Notes under the pieces: generated by a model | Seen by the model: only the letters and a program-made list of their open reading frames with translations | The model's database searches: none | What the model was told of the DNA's origin: nothing | Translations under genes and position numbers: made by a program | Origin: an uncultured Gemmatimonadaceae bacterium | GTDB lineage: Bacteria > Gemmatimonadota > Gemmatimonadetes > Gemmatimonadales > Gemmatimonadaceae | Direction: 5' to 3' | DNA: 64,000 bases | Assembly (NCBI GenBank): GCA_963829055.1 | Contig: CAWHHI010000010.1 | Location: 128,001 to 192,000 of the forward strand | Shown here: piece by piece, positions 10,512 through 22,700 of the stretch | Numbering within the stretch: the first letter of the stretch is position 1 | Layout: every line of letters starts with the position of its first letter

Positions 10512-11403
10512 CTACCGTTCGCTGCTGTCCGGGACGCGCGCGCGGGCCGCGGCGACCGCTCGCTCGGCATCTCGCACCTGTGCCGCCGCGGCCTCGGCGG
10601 CGCGTCGCGCACGTTCGACGTCGGCGCGTCGCGCCTTTGCCTCGGCCTGCGCGTCCAATAGCGCGCGCTCGGCGGCATCGAGCGTCGCCTGGGTCTCTCG
10701 AACCGATTGCTCGGCACGCTCCGACTGTTCGCGCGCGTCCGCGAGCGACGCTTCGGCGCGGTGCAGATCGGCGCGGGCGGCAATCGCGCGCTCGGCCTCC
10801 TGCGCGGCTTGCTTCGCCGCCTGCGCGCTCGGCTCCGCCTTCGGCGGCTCGGGGACGGGTGCAGCGGTCGATTGCGGCGATGCAGCAACCGATGGCGACG
10901 ACGGGACGCTGATCGTGATGGCCGTGAGGATATCGAGTCCACCGCCGTCAGGCACGTCGACCAACCGTCCGGCGCGCAGGTCGCTGAACGCGCTTGTCTC
11001 GCCGATCACCGCGTGCACAGCGGTCACGAGTGCATGCGCGTCGATCGGCTGCCCTGCGCGGATCGCGACGCGCGCACCCGCCGCGGCCACGTCGCGTATG
11101 GCCGTGCGTACGTTGTCCATCGCGACGCGCAGGTCGGCGCCGGACTGCACGGTTTGCGCTGCACCTGATTGCAGCCGTGAGCTGTTCGATGGACGCCGGG
11201 TCCTCGTGCACGATGTTGTCGAGCACCCACGCGGTGCGGCTCGGCTTGCGCAGTGCCTTGACGCGGTCGGCGTCCTCGCGCCGTTTGGCCGCGCGCAACT
11301 GCTTGGCCAGCGCATCGCGCCGGCTGACGAACTCCTCGAGCGGTCCACGGTAGACCGCGAGTAGCGCCGTTTCGAGCTCGCTCGGCTCCGGAGGCTGGGT
11401 CAT
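10512..11403 (-). CDS. Conserved hypothetical coiled-coil protein (frameshift near 11170)
   Basis: Joins ORFs 10948..11442 (YRGPLEEFVSRRDALAKQLR..LRKPSRTAWVL) and 10512..11348 (Ala/Glu/Arg coiled coil). Confidence 0.7.
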
Positions 11404-11408
11404 ACGCG

Positions 11409-11967
11409 TCAACCTACCCCGCTGAGCTCCCGCGCCAGCCATGCCTGCGCGAATCGCAGGTCCCGCATCGCCGTCGGCGCGGAGGTGCCGAGCACCTCGG
11501 CTGTCTCCTCGAGCGTGAGGCCGCCGAAGAAGCGGAGCTCGACCGCCTTCGCTTGCCGCGGGCTGATCGCCTCCAGCCGTGAGAGAGCGTCATCGAGCTC
11601 GAGCACCGTGTCGAGGTCCACCTCCGGCGCGGCAATCTTCTCGTCGAGTGAGAGCTGCTGGCGAGCCCCGCCACGCTTCGCCGCGTTGCGCTGGTTGGCG
11701 TAGTCGATGAGCACGCGTCGCATCGTGCGCGACGCCATCGCGAGGAAGTGCGCCCGGTCCTGCCACTCCACGCGCTCCACATCGACCAGCCGCAGATACG
11801 CCTCGTGCACGAGCCCCGTCGTGCCGAGCGTGTGGCCGGCGCGCTCGCCACGCAGCCGCGCCCGGGCGAGCTGCCGCAGCTCCTCGTAGACGACGGGCAG
11901 TACGCGATCCATCGCCTCGGGATCGCCCTTCCCGCCAGCGGCGGAGCATCTGGGTGACGTCGGTCAT
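11409..11967 (-). CDS. ECF sigma-70 factor of the Ser/Thr-kinase-associated type (frameshift near 11920)
   Basis: MTDVTQMLRRWREG followed by VYEELRQLA..HTLGTTGLVHEAYLRL..VELRFFGGLTLEETAEVLG. Confidence 0.88.
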
Positions 11968-12049
11968 GGGCGCGGGGAGGGGGGCAATCGCCGTGATTTG
12001 GGTGCGATGAAAAATCGGGGGGTCGTTTGCCGCCATACAAGGTGAAGCA

Positions 12050-12919
12050 GTGAACCAGCCGACCTCGCCCCCACTGGAGTCATGCCATGCAGACCACCAT
12101 TCGCGCGCGCCGCGCCCGTCGTTCACCGGCCATGCGGTCGTCGCTACCCTCATCGTCCTCCCCGTCCTCGCCGCCTGCAGCGAATCCATCGCGAGCGAGA
12201 CGAAGAGCGCCATTACCTACGCTGCTCCGACGCCCATCGGTGATGGGACTGTCCGCACCTACGTCGTCCGTGACTCCCGGGGCGTCCCCACATCGGTCGG
12301 TGTCGAGCTCTCCGAGTCCGCACTTCGCGGCCTGCCGGCCACGAAGACGATGCTTCACCTCCCGTTCCCGAAGGAAGCGGGCGACCAGTACACGTTCGCC
12401 ATGTTCGACTGGAACCCCGCCGGGCACGTGCCCGACCACGTCTATACGATCCCACATTTCGACTTCCATTTCTACATGGCGAAGGAGGACGATGTCATGG
12501 CGATCTCGGGTGGGCCCGACCCGGTCGTCGCGGAATCCCGCTTCGTCCCGAAGGACTACATCTCGCCCGGGAACGAGGCGTTCCCCGCGATGGGTGTGCA
12601 CTGGGTCGACGCGACGTCTGGAGAGTTCAATGGAAAGACCTTCGACCAGACGTTCATCTGGGGCTTCAGCCGCGGACAGCTCCTGTTCATCGAGCCGATG
12701 ATCACGAAGGCGTTCCTCGAGTCGACGTCCTCGTTCACGACGGAGCTCAGGCAGCCGGAGTCGGTCCAGCGCGCCGGGCTCTATCCCAAGCGGTACTCGA
12801 TCCGCCATGACACCGCCGCCAAGGTCTACCGCGTCACGCTCGACGACCTGACGCCGAGAGATGAGCTAGCCCCATGGACTCCACCAAGCGCAGTCAATGG
12901 ATCTTCCCCGCCCTGTTGA
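12050..12919 (+). CDS. DUF5602 (TTHB210-like) lipoprotein
   Basis: Lipobox LAAC; DWNPAGH.P..Y.IPHFDFHFY, MGVHWVD and FIEPMIT motifs. Confidence 0.78.
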   Translation: MNQPTSPPLESCHADHHSRAPRPSFTGHAVVATLIVLPVLAACSESIASETKSAITYAAPTPIGDGTVRTYVVRDSRGVPTSVGVELSESALRGLPATKTMLHLPFPKEAGDQYTFAMFDWNPAGHVPDHVYTIPHFDFHFYMAKEDDVMAISGGPDPVVAESRFVPKDYISPGNEAFPAMGVHWVDATSGEFNGKTFDQTFIWGFSRGQLLFIEPMITKAFLESTSSFTTELRQPESVQRAGLYPKRYSIRHDTAAKVYRVTLDDLTPRDELAPWTPPSAVNGSSPPC

Positions 12920-13042
12920 TCCTCATGAACGTGGGCGCCTCTGTGGTGGCGTTTAAGGCGGGGGATTGGCGTCGTGGGGTGTACTGGATCGCGAGTGCCT
13001 TGTGCCTTGGGATGTTCGCGGCGTACGTCAGGGTTCGATCGT

Positions 13043-16000
13043 CTACTGCGAGCGTGGCGCAGCCGGCTCGTCCTCGTCCCACGCTTCCGCGAATGCTTCG
13101 GCGCCTAACGCCTCACGCAGCGAGTCGATCTCGCGCGCGTGAGGCGCGCGGCGTCGCGGTGGCAAAACGGCCCCGATCGCCGCCCGCTGCCGCTCCGCCG
13201 CACCGAAGAGCCGCGCTGCTGCCCGTGCATCTCCCTCATCACGCCGCACGCGTGCCAGCACATCGAGGCACTCGGGCAGAAGGAACCGGCTCCCGAGACG
13301 CCGCGTGATTGCGAACGCCTCATCGAGAGCGTCATGCGCCGCGGTCAACGCTCCCGCGCTGGCGCCGCGCGTCGGCCTGCCGGGTGAGGACCTGAGCGAG
13401 ACTCGCGACGTCGCCCCGACGGTGGAGCGCGACACTCTCCGCGTACAGCGGCTCCGCGCCAGCGGCATCGCCGGCGTCGCGGCGAAGGTCGCCGGCGGTC
13501 CGAAGGGCGAGTCCCGTCGCCCAGAGAAACCCATGCGCGCGGAGGGTTGGGAGCCAGGCGTCGATTGATGCCACAGCGTCGTCCGACCCGAGCGTCTCAT
13601 AAGCGATGACTACCGACGACAGGCTCGTGCTCGCGCGATGGATGACATCACCCGTCCGGTAGGCGGCATCGGTCCCGTCCTTCAGGATCGCACGGGCGCG
13701 GTCGACATTTCCCATCCACATCTCGAGCGCGGCGAGCGACGTCGACATGAACGCAACGCCACGCGGGTCGCCTAACGACCGATGAGCGCGGAACGCATAC
13801 GCGAGATGTTCGCGCGCCTGCGCCAACTCGCCCCGATGGTAAAAGCGCACCCAACCCAGATTGTTGTGCGCGAGCGCAATACCGCGCACGTCGCCGAAGC
13901 GCTCGTGAACCGCGAGCGCCTCCTCGGCGAGCGCTATCGCACGGGTTGGCTCGCCCGTGAGGTACATCGACCAGCTCAGGTGATTGAGCGTGGCCGCGAC
14001 GGCATGCTCGTCGCCCGCCTCACGGAAGAGCCGCTCCGCCTCCTCGAACAGCAATCCCGCCTCCACAGGAGCGCCCTGCATGTGCGTCATCACACCGTGC
14101 GACAGGATGAGCCGCGCGCGTGCCTCGTGGTTGCGTTCGGAACCGGCCGCACCGAGCACGCGATCGATCCGATTCCGTCCTTCGGTGAGGAACCCCCCGG
14201 TCCAGAAGCGGACGAGCGCCTCGGCCATCCGGATGGCTTCGTCGACGTGTCCGCGGTCGAGCGCATAGTCCAGCGCTGCGCGAAGGTTGTCGTGCTCACG
14301 CTCGAGTCGCTCGAACCACGTCCGCTGCTCGGGGCCACGGAGGTGGGGCGCGGCCTCCTCGGCCGTGGCGAGCATGGTCTGCAAGTGAGCGCGGCGCGCG
14401 CCGTCTTCTTCGCCGGCCTCGGCGAGCCGCTCGCGGGCGAAGCCGTGAATCGTCTCCAGCATCGCAAAGCGCGGCTCACCGTCCGGCTGCTCGTCCTGTC
14501 GCAGCAGGCTGTGGCTCACGAGCGCCGTCAGCGGCTCGAGCACGTCGCGCGGATCACCAAGCGATGCGGCCAGTGCCTCGGCGGCACCGACCGTGAAGCC
14601 GCCGGCGAAGACGGCGAGTCGGCGGAAAACGGTCTGCTCCGGGGCGCCGAGGAGTGCGTGACTCCACCCGATCACCTCGCGAAGGGTCCGGTGGCGCTCG
14701 GGAAGATCACGCGCGTCGCTCCGCAACACGTCGAGGCGCTGGTCGAGCCGCGCCAGCAACGCGCGCGGCGGAAGAAGGCGCGTGCGTGCCGCCGCGAGCT
14801 CGATCGCCAGCGGCATCCCATCGAGGCGCCGACAGATGCGGGCGACGGTCGACGCGTTCTCGATGCTGAGCGCGAAGTCGGGACGCACTGCCTGGGCGCG
14901 TTGGACGAACAGGCGGACTGCGTCGCCGGGGTCGGCGAGCCGCTCCGGCGTGGTCATCTCCTCGGGGGTAGCGACGAAGAGCGGTGGCACCGGGAGCTCG
15001 TGCTCGCCGCCAATGCCTAACGGGGCACGGCTCGTGGCGAGCACCGCGACGCCGTGGCAGTTGGCGAGCAGCTCGGCCACGAAGGGAGCTGCCTCGAGCA
15101 GGTGCTCGAAGTTGTCGAGGACGAGGAGCACGCGCCGCTCGCGCAGATGGCCGATGAGCCGCTCCCCGTGCGTGCCCCCTCCGGCGTCACGCAGACCGAG
15201 GGTCTGGGCGACGGTTTGCGGCACGAGCGCCGGGTCCGTGACGGGGACGAGCGAGACGAAGTGCACGCCGCCCTGAAAGCGTACTCATCTGGGCATGCAG
15301 CCGCGTGGAGCGCGAGGCGCGTCTTCCCCATCCCGCCCGGCCCGGTGAGCGTGACGAGGCGCTCGTGCTCGAGCAGCGCATCGATGCGCGCCACCTCGCG
15401 CTGACGCCCGATGAAGCTGGTGAGCGGCGCGGGGAGTATCGGTGCATCGCCCGCCAGCGCCGGCTCCGCCGTCGCGTCGGCGACCGTCTCCGCTCCCGCC
15501 TCCGATCTGCCAGCTGGTCGCGGGCTCCCGCCGATTTGCCGGAGCGCATCCCGCACCTCGGCGGCGCTCGCGTAGCGTTTGTCCAGGTTGCGGGCGAGCA
15601 GCCGATCGAGCAGCCGCCGCACGCCCGTCGGAACATCGTCAGGGAGCGGAGCCGAGGGCTTGTCCAGCACCGCGTGGAGGATGGCTGCCACGCTCTCGCC
15701 CGACCACGGGCGCTCGCTGGTGAGCATCTCGTGGAGCACGACCCCCAGCGCCCACAGGTCGGCCCGCGCGTCGACGGCATCGCCCCGCACCTGCTCCGGC
15801 GCCATGTAGTGCGGTGTCCCGAGCGCGTCACCGGTTCGCGTCCAGGCGTGGCCCGCTATCTTGGCGATCCCGAAGTCCACGATCTTGGCTACGCCGTTCG
15901 TGGTGATGAGGATGTTCTCGGGCTTGATGTCGCGGTGAACGATCCCTCGCTCGTGCGCCGCGCCGAGCCCTTCGGCGATCTGCTGCGCGATGCCTAACGC

Positions 16001-16537
16001 GTCGGCCAGCGGCAGCGGGCCGCGGGCGATGCGCTCGCGCAACGTCTCCTCGCCGTAGTACGCCATGGCGATGAAGAGCCCGCCGTCGCGCGTCTCGCCG
16101 ATCTCGTAGATCGTCGCCACGTTCGGGTGATCGAGCGCGGCCGCCGACCGTGCCTCGGCGAGAAAGCGGGCGTTGCGCCCCGGATCGCTGCGAAGGTCGC
16201 CGGGGAGGAGCTTGAGCGCGACGTGCCGATCGAGGCGAGGGTCGTGGGCGAGATACACCCGTCCCATGCCGCCGCGCCCTATCTCGCGCAGCAGCGTGTA
16301 CGTGCCCTCCAACGGGGGAACGGGCTCCGAGGTCGGCGTGGGATCAGCCGGAGGAGCGCCGAGCAGGTTGAGGAAGTCGCCCGCGCGCTCGTGCGCGTCG
16401 ACGAGCGAACGGAGCTCGTCAGACAGTTCCGGGTCGGTGCGCGACAGCAACTCCAGCCGCGCGCCTCGGTGGCCGGTGTCGAGCTCGATCAGCTCGTCGA
16501 AGAGGAGCTGAATCCGCTCCCAGTGCTCGCCGGACAT
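13043..16537 (-). CDS. Ser/Thr protein kinase fused to an NB-ARC/STAND-like ATPase and TPRs (frameshifts near 15290 and 13380)
   Basis: Kinase motifs GRGGMGRVY, VALK, HRDIKPEN, DFGIA and YMAPEQ; Walker A GPGGMGKT; LLVLDNFEH; ICRRLDGMPLAIELAA; TPR-like helices. Confidence 0.9.
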
Positions 16538-16736
16538 CACCGACAATAACGCGCCGAAGCGGTGAGGACCATGGTGGCCTACGGCGAGGCCTCCGCGCGC
16601 GCCTCGAGCGCCGCGTTCAGCGCGTCGTGGCTCGACTGCACGCGGGACCCGAGCGCCAGGCTGTGCGTCTTCGATGGTCGCTATCAATGCCATCGGCGGG
16701 CGACCCAGGGATCCTGACGCGACAGCGCAACGCACG

Positions 16737-17222
16737 TCAGGCGGCAGGTGGCGATGCGCGCTGGACCGCCTCGAGCAGGCGATGGGCGTTGAACGGTTGG
16801 AGCAAGAACGTCATCCGCATTCCTTCGCCCGCCGGGAGATGATCCGGTAGCTCGGCGCCGGTCAGAAGCACCGGAATGCCACGCGCGCGCGTGGCGTCCT
16901 CGGCGACGATGGACAGGTCGGTGATGAGCAGGCGCGCTGAAAGACGGCGAGCGACGTCGAACGGATCGTCTCCAGAGCGACTTTCGACGATCCGAAGCTC
17001 GGCCTGCGCTCGGAGACACTGTCTGATGTAGTCGCGAATGTCCGGGTCGGACACCGCGAGGAGGATGGCCGAGCCGCCGTCCCCAGCGCGTTCGGTGTCG
17101 TCCGCCGTGGGACTCGGCTCCGCAGCGAGGAGCGCAATCTCCAATTGCAGCCGGTCCGACGCCGGCACTCGCGGCGCCTCTGCATCGTGTCCGGCGGCAC
17201 CTGCCTGGTGTGGTGCATCCAT
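16737..17222 (-). CDS. Degenerate receiver-like domain protein
   Basis: ILLAVSDPDIRDYIRQCL..LLITD..PVLLTG..FLLQPF..LLEAV follows a CheY-like pattern; AGGAG RBS. Confidence 0.55.
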   Translation of the reverse strand: MDAPHQAGAAGHDAEAPRVPASDRLQLEIALLAAEPSPTADDTERAGDGGSAILLAVSDPDIRDYIRQCLRAQAELRIVESRSGDDPFDVARRLSARLLITDLSIVAEDATRARGIPVLLTGAELPDHLPAGEGMRMTFLLQPFNAHRLLEAVQRASPPAA

Positions 17223-17240
17223 TGTCGCGTCGTACTCCTG

Positions 17241-17278
17241 AAAAAAATCCCCACTCTCCCGGCCGCGGAGAGTGGGGA
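17241..17278 (-). terminator. Rho-independent terminator
   Basis: 12-bp stem TCCCCACTCTCC (17248-17259)/GGAGAGTGGGGA (17267-17278) followed on the minus strand by T7, just after the stop at 17296. Confidence 0.85.
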
Positions 17279-17295
17279 CTGGGGTTCTCGTTAGG

Positions 17296-19385
17296 TCACT
17301 TGAGCTTGAAGCTCGCCTGGTGCGTCGTCCCGTCGGCGAGCGTGAGGTTCAGCATGCGGCACGTACCGGCCCACGCCTTGTCCGTCTTCCACGTGTAGCT
17401 GTACTGCTGCGTGCTCGCGTCGTACGCGAGACTGCTGTTGCCGGCGGTCACCGTCGCCTCGATGTCATCCTGCGGCGCGCTGGCGCTGCACGACACCTGC
17501 TGCGACGCGGGGGATCCGGCGGCGAAGATGGCGAGGCCTCGATTACCGCCGAGACCGAAGGTCACCTGCACGGCTGCCCCAGCCTTCACGACGTTCACCG
17601 TCGGCATGGGGTCGACCGGCTGCAGGAAGCCGGTGAAGGGGTACGCCACCGTATAGTTGGCGGCGACGGTGTTCGTGTTGCCGGCGTTGTCGGTGGCGGT
17701 GCAGCTGACCGACTTGCTTCCCACGGTGGTCGTGGTCGGCGTCCCGCAGCTCGCCGATGCGAGACCCGACCTCTGGTCTGTCGCGTTAGGCGTCGCGGTG
17801 GCGGTGCCGTTCAGGAGCACCGGATTGGGCGAGACCACGGGTGCGAGGGTGGGTACGGTACCGTCGCGCTTGATCGTGACGGTCTGGACGTTCGTGCCAC
17901 CGGCGCTGGTGGCGCTACAGGTCACGTCTTGACCCTGCGTGTCGGCGCTGATCGTCGTCGGCGCGCACGGTGCGGACGTGACGGCCGACTCGCCGTCGTT
18001 CACCGACCAGCGTCACCGTGACGTCGCTCGTGTACCAGCCGTTGCTGCCTAACGTGCCGTCGATGCTCGGCGTGATGACGGGCGGCGTGTCGTCGGACGA
18101 TGGCTCCGCCTCGTACGCGCCGATGTCGCAGCCGGCGCCCTGCGGCCGGGCGACGCCCCGCTGATCCTGTGTCGCGCAAACGCTCGCGATGCGCCGCGTC
18201 GATCGCCGCACTTCCCGCGCCGAGCGCCATGGTGGCCGTGGTGCCGGGCGCGTTGAGCGAGAGCGATCCGAGCTTCGGGTCACCGGTAGTGGCCGGCACG
18301 ATGCCCGCGCAGGCAGCCGCCGCCGGATACACCAGGTTACCGCCACCGTCGGCGATGGCTGGAGTCCCGAAGCTGCCGCAGTGTCCCTCCACTGTTGTTC
18401 GCCACGATCGTGTTCACCAGCGAATACGTTCGGCCTGTCGGTGAGCGAGTAGATGCCTCCGTACGTGCTCGCACTGTTCCCCGCGACCGTCACGTGGATG
18501 AACAGCGCCCGGAAGCCTCTTTGCCGAAGCCGCCGCCGATCGGCGCGCTGTTGCCCGTGACGGTGACGTTCATGAGCGACACGGTGCCGCCGTTCTGGAA
18601 GATCCCGCCACCAATGGAGCCGGCGGCGTTCCCCGAGATCGTGCTGTTGGTGACGGTCAGGTTGCCACCGGCGGCGTAGATGCCCCCACCCTTGCCGTTG
18701 GACCCGTTGGCCTGGTTGTCCGAGATCGTGCTGCTGTCGATGGTCATCTGCGCCGCGGTGTATGATGGCACCGCCGCCGCTGCTCGTCGTCGTGTTGCCC
18801 GAGAGGACGACGCCCTTCAACGTGATCCAGGTGTCGGTGAAGAAGCTGGCGATGCCTGCGCCGTTGCCGCCGCGGCCGCCGGAGATCGTGAGTCCCCTGA
18901 TTTCTACCGCGACGTTTCCGCGGATATCAATGATCCCGAACTCGGCCGCCGCATCAGCCGCCCGGCGCACGGTCAGGAGATTGGCGCCCGGACCGACGAT
19001 AGTCACACTCTTCTGGATCTGGAGCTGACCACCCAGCGTGATCACCTGAGGCCCGGCGGCGGTCAATGCCGGGTCGAACGTGATGGTAGCCCCAGCCATA
19101 CCGGGCGGCAAAATCGATCGCCTCGCGGAGCGTGCATCCGTTGCCCGTACCCGCATCGTCGCACGCGCCGTCACTCTGATCGGCGAGGCTGTTGACCACA
19201 GGACTAAAGCTTTCCTGGCTGAAGTGAGGAGCCCGAACGGCCGGTGCCACGATTGGATCACGGTCGCTGCAGCCCGCGAGCGTGGCGACCGCCAGCACGA
19301 CCGCGGCGTATCGGATGTAGGATGGCCTGGGGGCGAGCTCGGCAGAGCGACGAGCCGGCCAACCGGAGCGGCGATTCGGATTCAT
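17296..19385 (-). CDS. Secreted CSLREA / beta-helix / choice-of-anchor Q / PxKF-domain lipoprotein (several frameshifts)
   Basis: Lipobox LAGC; CTLREAI; repeated TNSTISGN..GGG; DQRGVARPQGAGCDIGAYE; C-terminal FTGFLQPVD..VKAGAAVQVTF. Spread over several ORFs. Confidence 0.8.
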
Positions 19386-19589
19386 ATGAGGCTCTCACGT
19401 CGAAGAGGTCCGGAGCGGTGCGCGCCACTCACGAACCGGCGCGCCAGCCGAGGCGGGTGCCTCTGGCTGGCGCGCAATCTTCCCGGAACCCTCGAACCGC
19501 TCTAACCAGGGCGTTGCCGCGTTTGGCCTCCACGTTGCCTGCAACGTCCTGCACAATTGCGCGCAACATTGAGGCAAGTGACTGGGCGT

Positions 19590-19719
19590 GTCATTCCGAG
19601 CGAAGCGGCCGTAGGCCGCGAAGTCGAGGAATCGGCTATGCCGGTAGAAGGATCAGTCCCTCTTCCGGGAGAACTGCGATTCCTCGACTCCGGCCCGTCG
19701 GGCCTCCGCTCGGAATGAC
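19590..19719. repeat. 130-bp palindromic REP/MITE-like element
   Basis: Terminal IR GTCATTCCGAGCG/CGCTCGGAATGAC, inner IR AGTCGAGGAATCG/CGATTCCTCGACT and small side hairpins. Confidence 0.85.
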
Positions 19720-22700
19720 CCGCTGCGGTACTCGGATGGGCTCACGCCGTGCGCCTCGCGGAACGACCGCGAGAAGTGCGACAGGCTCTGAAACCCCACC
19801 GCATACGCCACCTCGGCCACGTTGCCCGCGCCTTCCTTGAGAAGCTGCGCCGCGCGCTCGAGGCGGAGCCGCCGGATGAGGTCAGATGGAGTCTCGCCCA
19901 CCAGCTCACGCGTGCGACGGAACAGGTGTGATCGATCGAGAAAGACATGCTCCGCCAGCTCCGCGACGCCGAACTCCGACTCGGTCAGATGCGCCGCGAT
20001 CGTCGCGTGGAGCCTATCGACGAACGCCTGGTCCGCGGATCCCAACGCGGACTGTGGCGCGGGCGCCGGAAGCTCCACACCCTCGGCCGCAAACCGCTCG
20101 CGAAGGCGTCGCCGAGTCGTGATGAGGTTCTCCACGCGCGCGTCGAGCTCGCGCATCTCGAATGGCTTGGCCAGGTAGTCGTCCGCGCCGACCGCCGAGC
20201 CCGGTCGACCCGGTCGTCGGTCGAGGCCAACGCGGTCAGCAGGATGATCGGAATGAAGTCGGTTTCAGGATCGCTCTTGAGCGTCCGGCAGAGCGCGTTG
20301 CCGTCGATCCCCGGCATCATCACGTCGCTGATCACGAGATCGGGCAGGAGCGACCTGGCTCGCTCGATGCCGTCCCCGCCGTCGCCCGCCTCCACGATCC
20401 GATACCGCGACTCGAAGTGCGATCGGATGTACGCCCGCAGATCGGCGCTGTCGTCGACGATGAGCAGCGTCGTGACGTCGGCTGCGCCGTCAGCACCTCG
20501 CGTCTCGGTCTCGCCGTTGCCGGCGATGGCGTGATCGACTTCCAGCTCGTCCGTTCGTGCCAGCGAGCCTTCAGGTCCGGCGACGATCTGATCATCGCGC
20601 AGATGCGCGCGGCCTAACGGGAGCGTGACGGTGAACGTAGCGCCACCGGCACTCTCGACGGCGATGCTCCCGCCGTGCAGCTCGACCAGCTCTTTGGCGA
20701 GCGCGAGGCCGATGCCGGTGCCCGGCTGCGCGCGCGTGCTCGATTCGTCGACCTGATAGAACCGCTCGAAGACATGCGCCAGGTGCTCGGGCGGAATTCC
20801 TGGTCCGCTATCGATGACGTTGACCCGCGCGATGCTGTCTTCCGTCTCGACGCGCAGGGCGATGCGGCCGCCATCCGGCGTGAACTTGAAGGCGTTCGAG
20901 AGCAGGTTGCCTAACACCTTCTCGAGCGCGTCCGCGTCGAACCAGACATCGATCGGTTCGGGCGGCGCGACGACGTCGAAGTCGATGTGGTTCTGCGCCG
21001 CGATCTGTCCGAAGGCCGCGGCAACGCCGCGCGCAAACGTCACCAGGTCCTGTCGACGCGCGCGGAGCTTCATCTGCCCCGCCTCCAGCTTCGCGACGTC
21101 GAGAATCTGATTCACCAGCCGCAGGAGACGCCGCGAGTTGCGAAGCGCCATGTCGAGCTCCCTCGGCGGCTCGAGGATCGGCTGGTGCTCGACGCGCGCG
21201 CGAAGATCCTCGAGCGGGCCAATCGTCAGGGTCAGCGGCGTTCGGAACTCGTGACTGACGTTGGCGAAGAACCGGGACTTCGCCTGGTCGAGCTCCTTGA
21301 GCTGCTCGGCCTGCAGCTCGAGCTGATGTTGATTCTCGCGCAGCTCGCGCGTCCGCTCATCGACGAGTCGGCCGAGCTCCAGCGCACGTGCGCGAAGATT
21401 TCGAACACGCCATCCAACGAGGCCGGCCACGATGAGGCCGGCGGCCAGCAGCGACAGCAGTCGAAAGCTTCTGGTCTCCCACAGATGCGGCGCCAGATCG
21501 AGCTGGAGCGCCGCGCCCCGCTCGTTCCAGACGCCGTCGTTGTTGCTTGCCGCCACCCGGAACGTGTATCGGCCGGGCGGCACCTTCGTATAGAACGCCG
21601 TGCGACGGTTGCCGGCATCGACCCACGTCGCATCGTATGGCTCGAGTCGATAGCGGAAGCGCACGTTGGCTGGCGCCAGAAAGCTGAGCGCCGTGTACCG
21701 GATCTCGAGATCCCGTTGCGTCGTGCCTAACGATATGCCGTTTCGACCGGCCGGTACCGTCGTTCCGCCCGAGGTGACCTGCTCGACGACGACGTTAGGC
21801 GGAATGGGGTTCCGCCGGATCCGTGCCGGATCGACGACCGCGACACCAGCCTGCGTCGCGAACCAGAGTCGCCCGTCGCGCGATCGGATGGCGGCCGGCT
21901 GCGAGCCACCGTTCGCCTCGCGATTCCGCAGTCCATCCCGCTCGGTGTACGCCGTCGAGTTGATCGTCGGCCGCCGACCCGCCGCAAACTCGAGCAGCTC
22001 GCGACGGTCCACCCAGAAGATCCCGCGGTTGCCGCTCATCCAGAGGCGATCGGCGTCGTCCTCGAGAATGGTGTGGATCACCTCATCGAAGAGCCCGTCG
22101 CGCGCACGCAGCGTGATGATTCGACCGCGCTCGCTTCCCTTCTTCCCAGTCGCGTGGATCGAGGCGCGCGAGCCCGCGACCTTCGGTGCCGACCCAGAGC
22201 CAACCGTCGCGGTCCACGTGGAGCGACCGAACACGATCGAACGGAAGTCCGTCGGCCGTCGTGATCGAGCGGAAGCGCCCGTCCTTGTATCGCAGCAGAC
22301 CGTCGGCGGCAGTTGCCATCCAGAGAGCGCCGTCGCGAGAGCGCTCGAAGGCTCGCACGACTGGTTGCCGGTCGCCGGTGCCGACGCGCGGCGTCGTCCA
22401 CCGATCTCCGTCGAGCCGAAGCAGCCCCACGTCCGATCCAAACCAGAGCACGCCAGTCGAGTCCTCATACATCGCGTGAGCCTGGGCGCGGCGAGCGACG
22501 TCATTCGGAGCGAGCGCGCATTGCATCGTGGTCGGCATGCACTCCAACAGTCCGATGGCGCCGATCCACAGACGCCCGGTGCGGTCTTCCTTGAACGAGA
22601 GCACGACACTCGAGTTCCCAACCGGCGCGACCACGCGCGTGATGCGATCTCCGTCGATGCGGCTCATCCCGCCGTTGAGCGTGCCGATCCACATGGTGCC

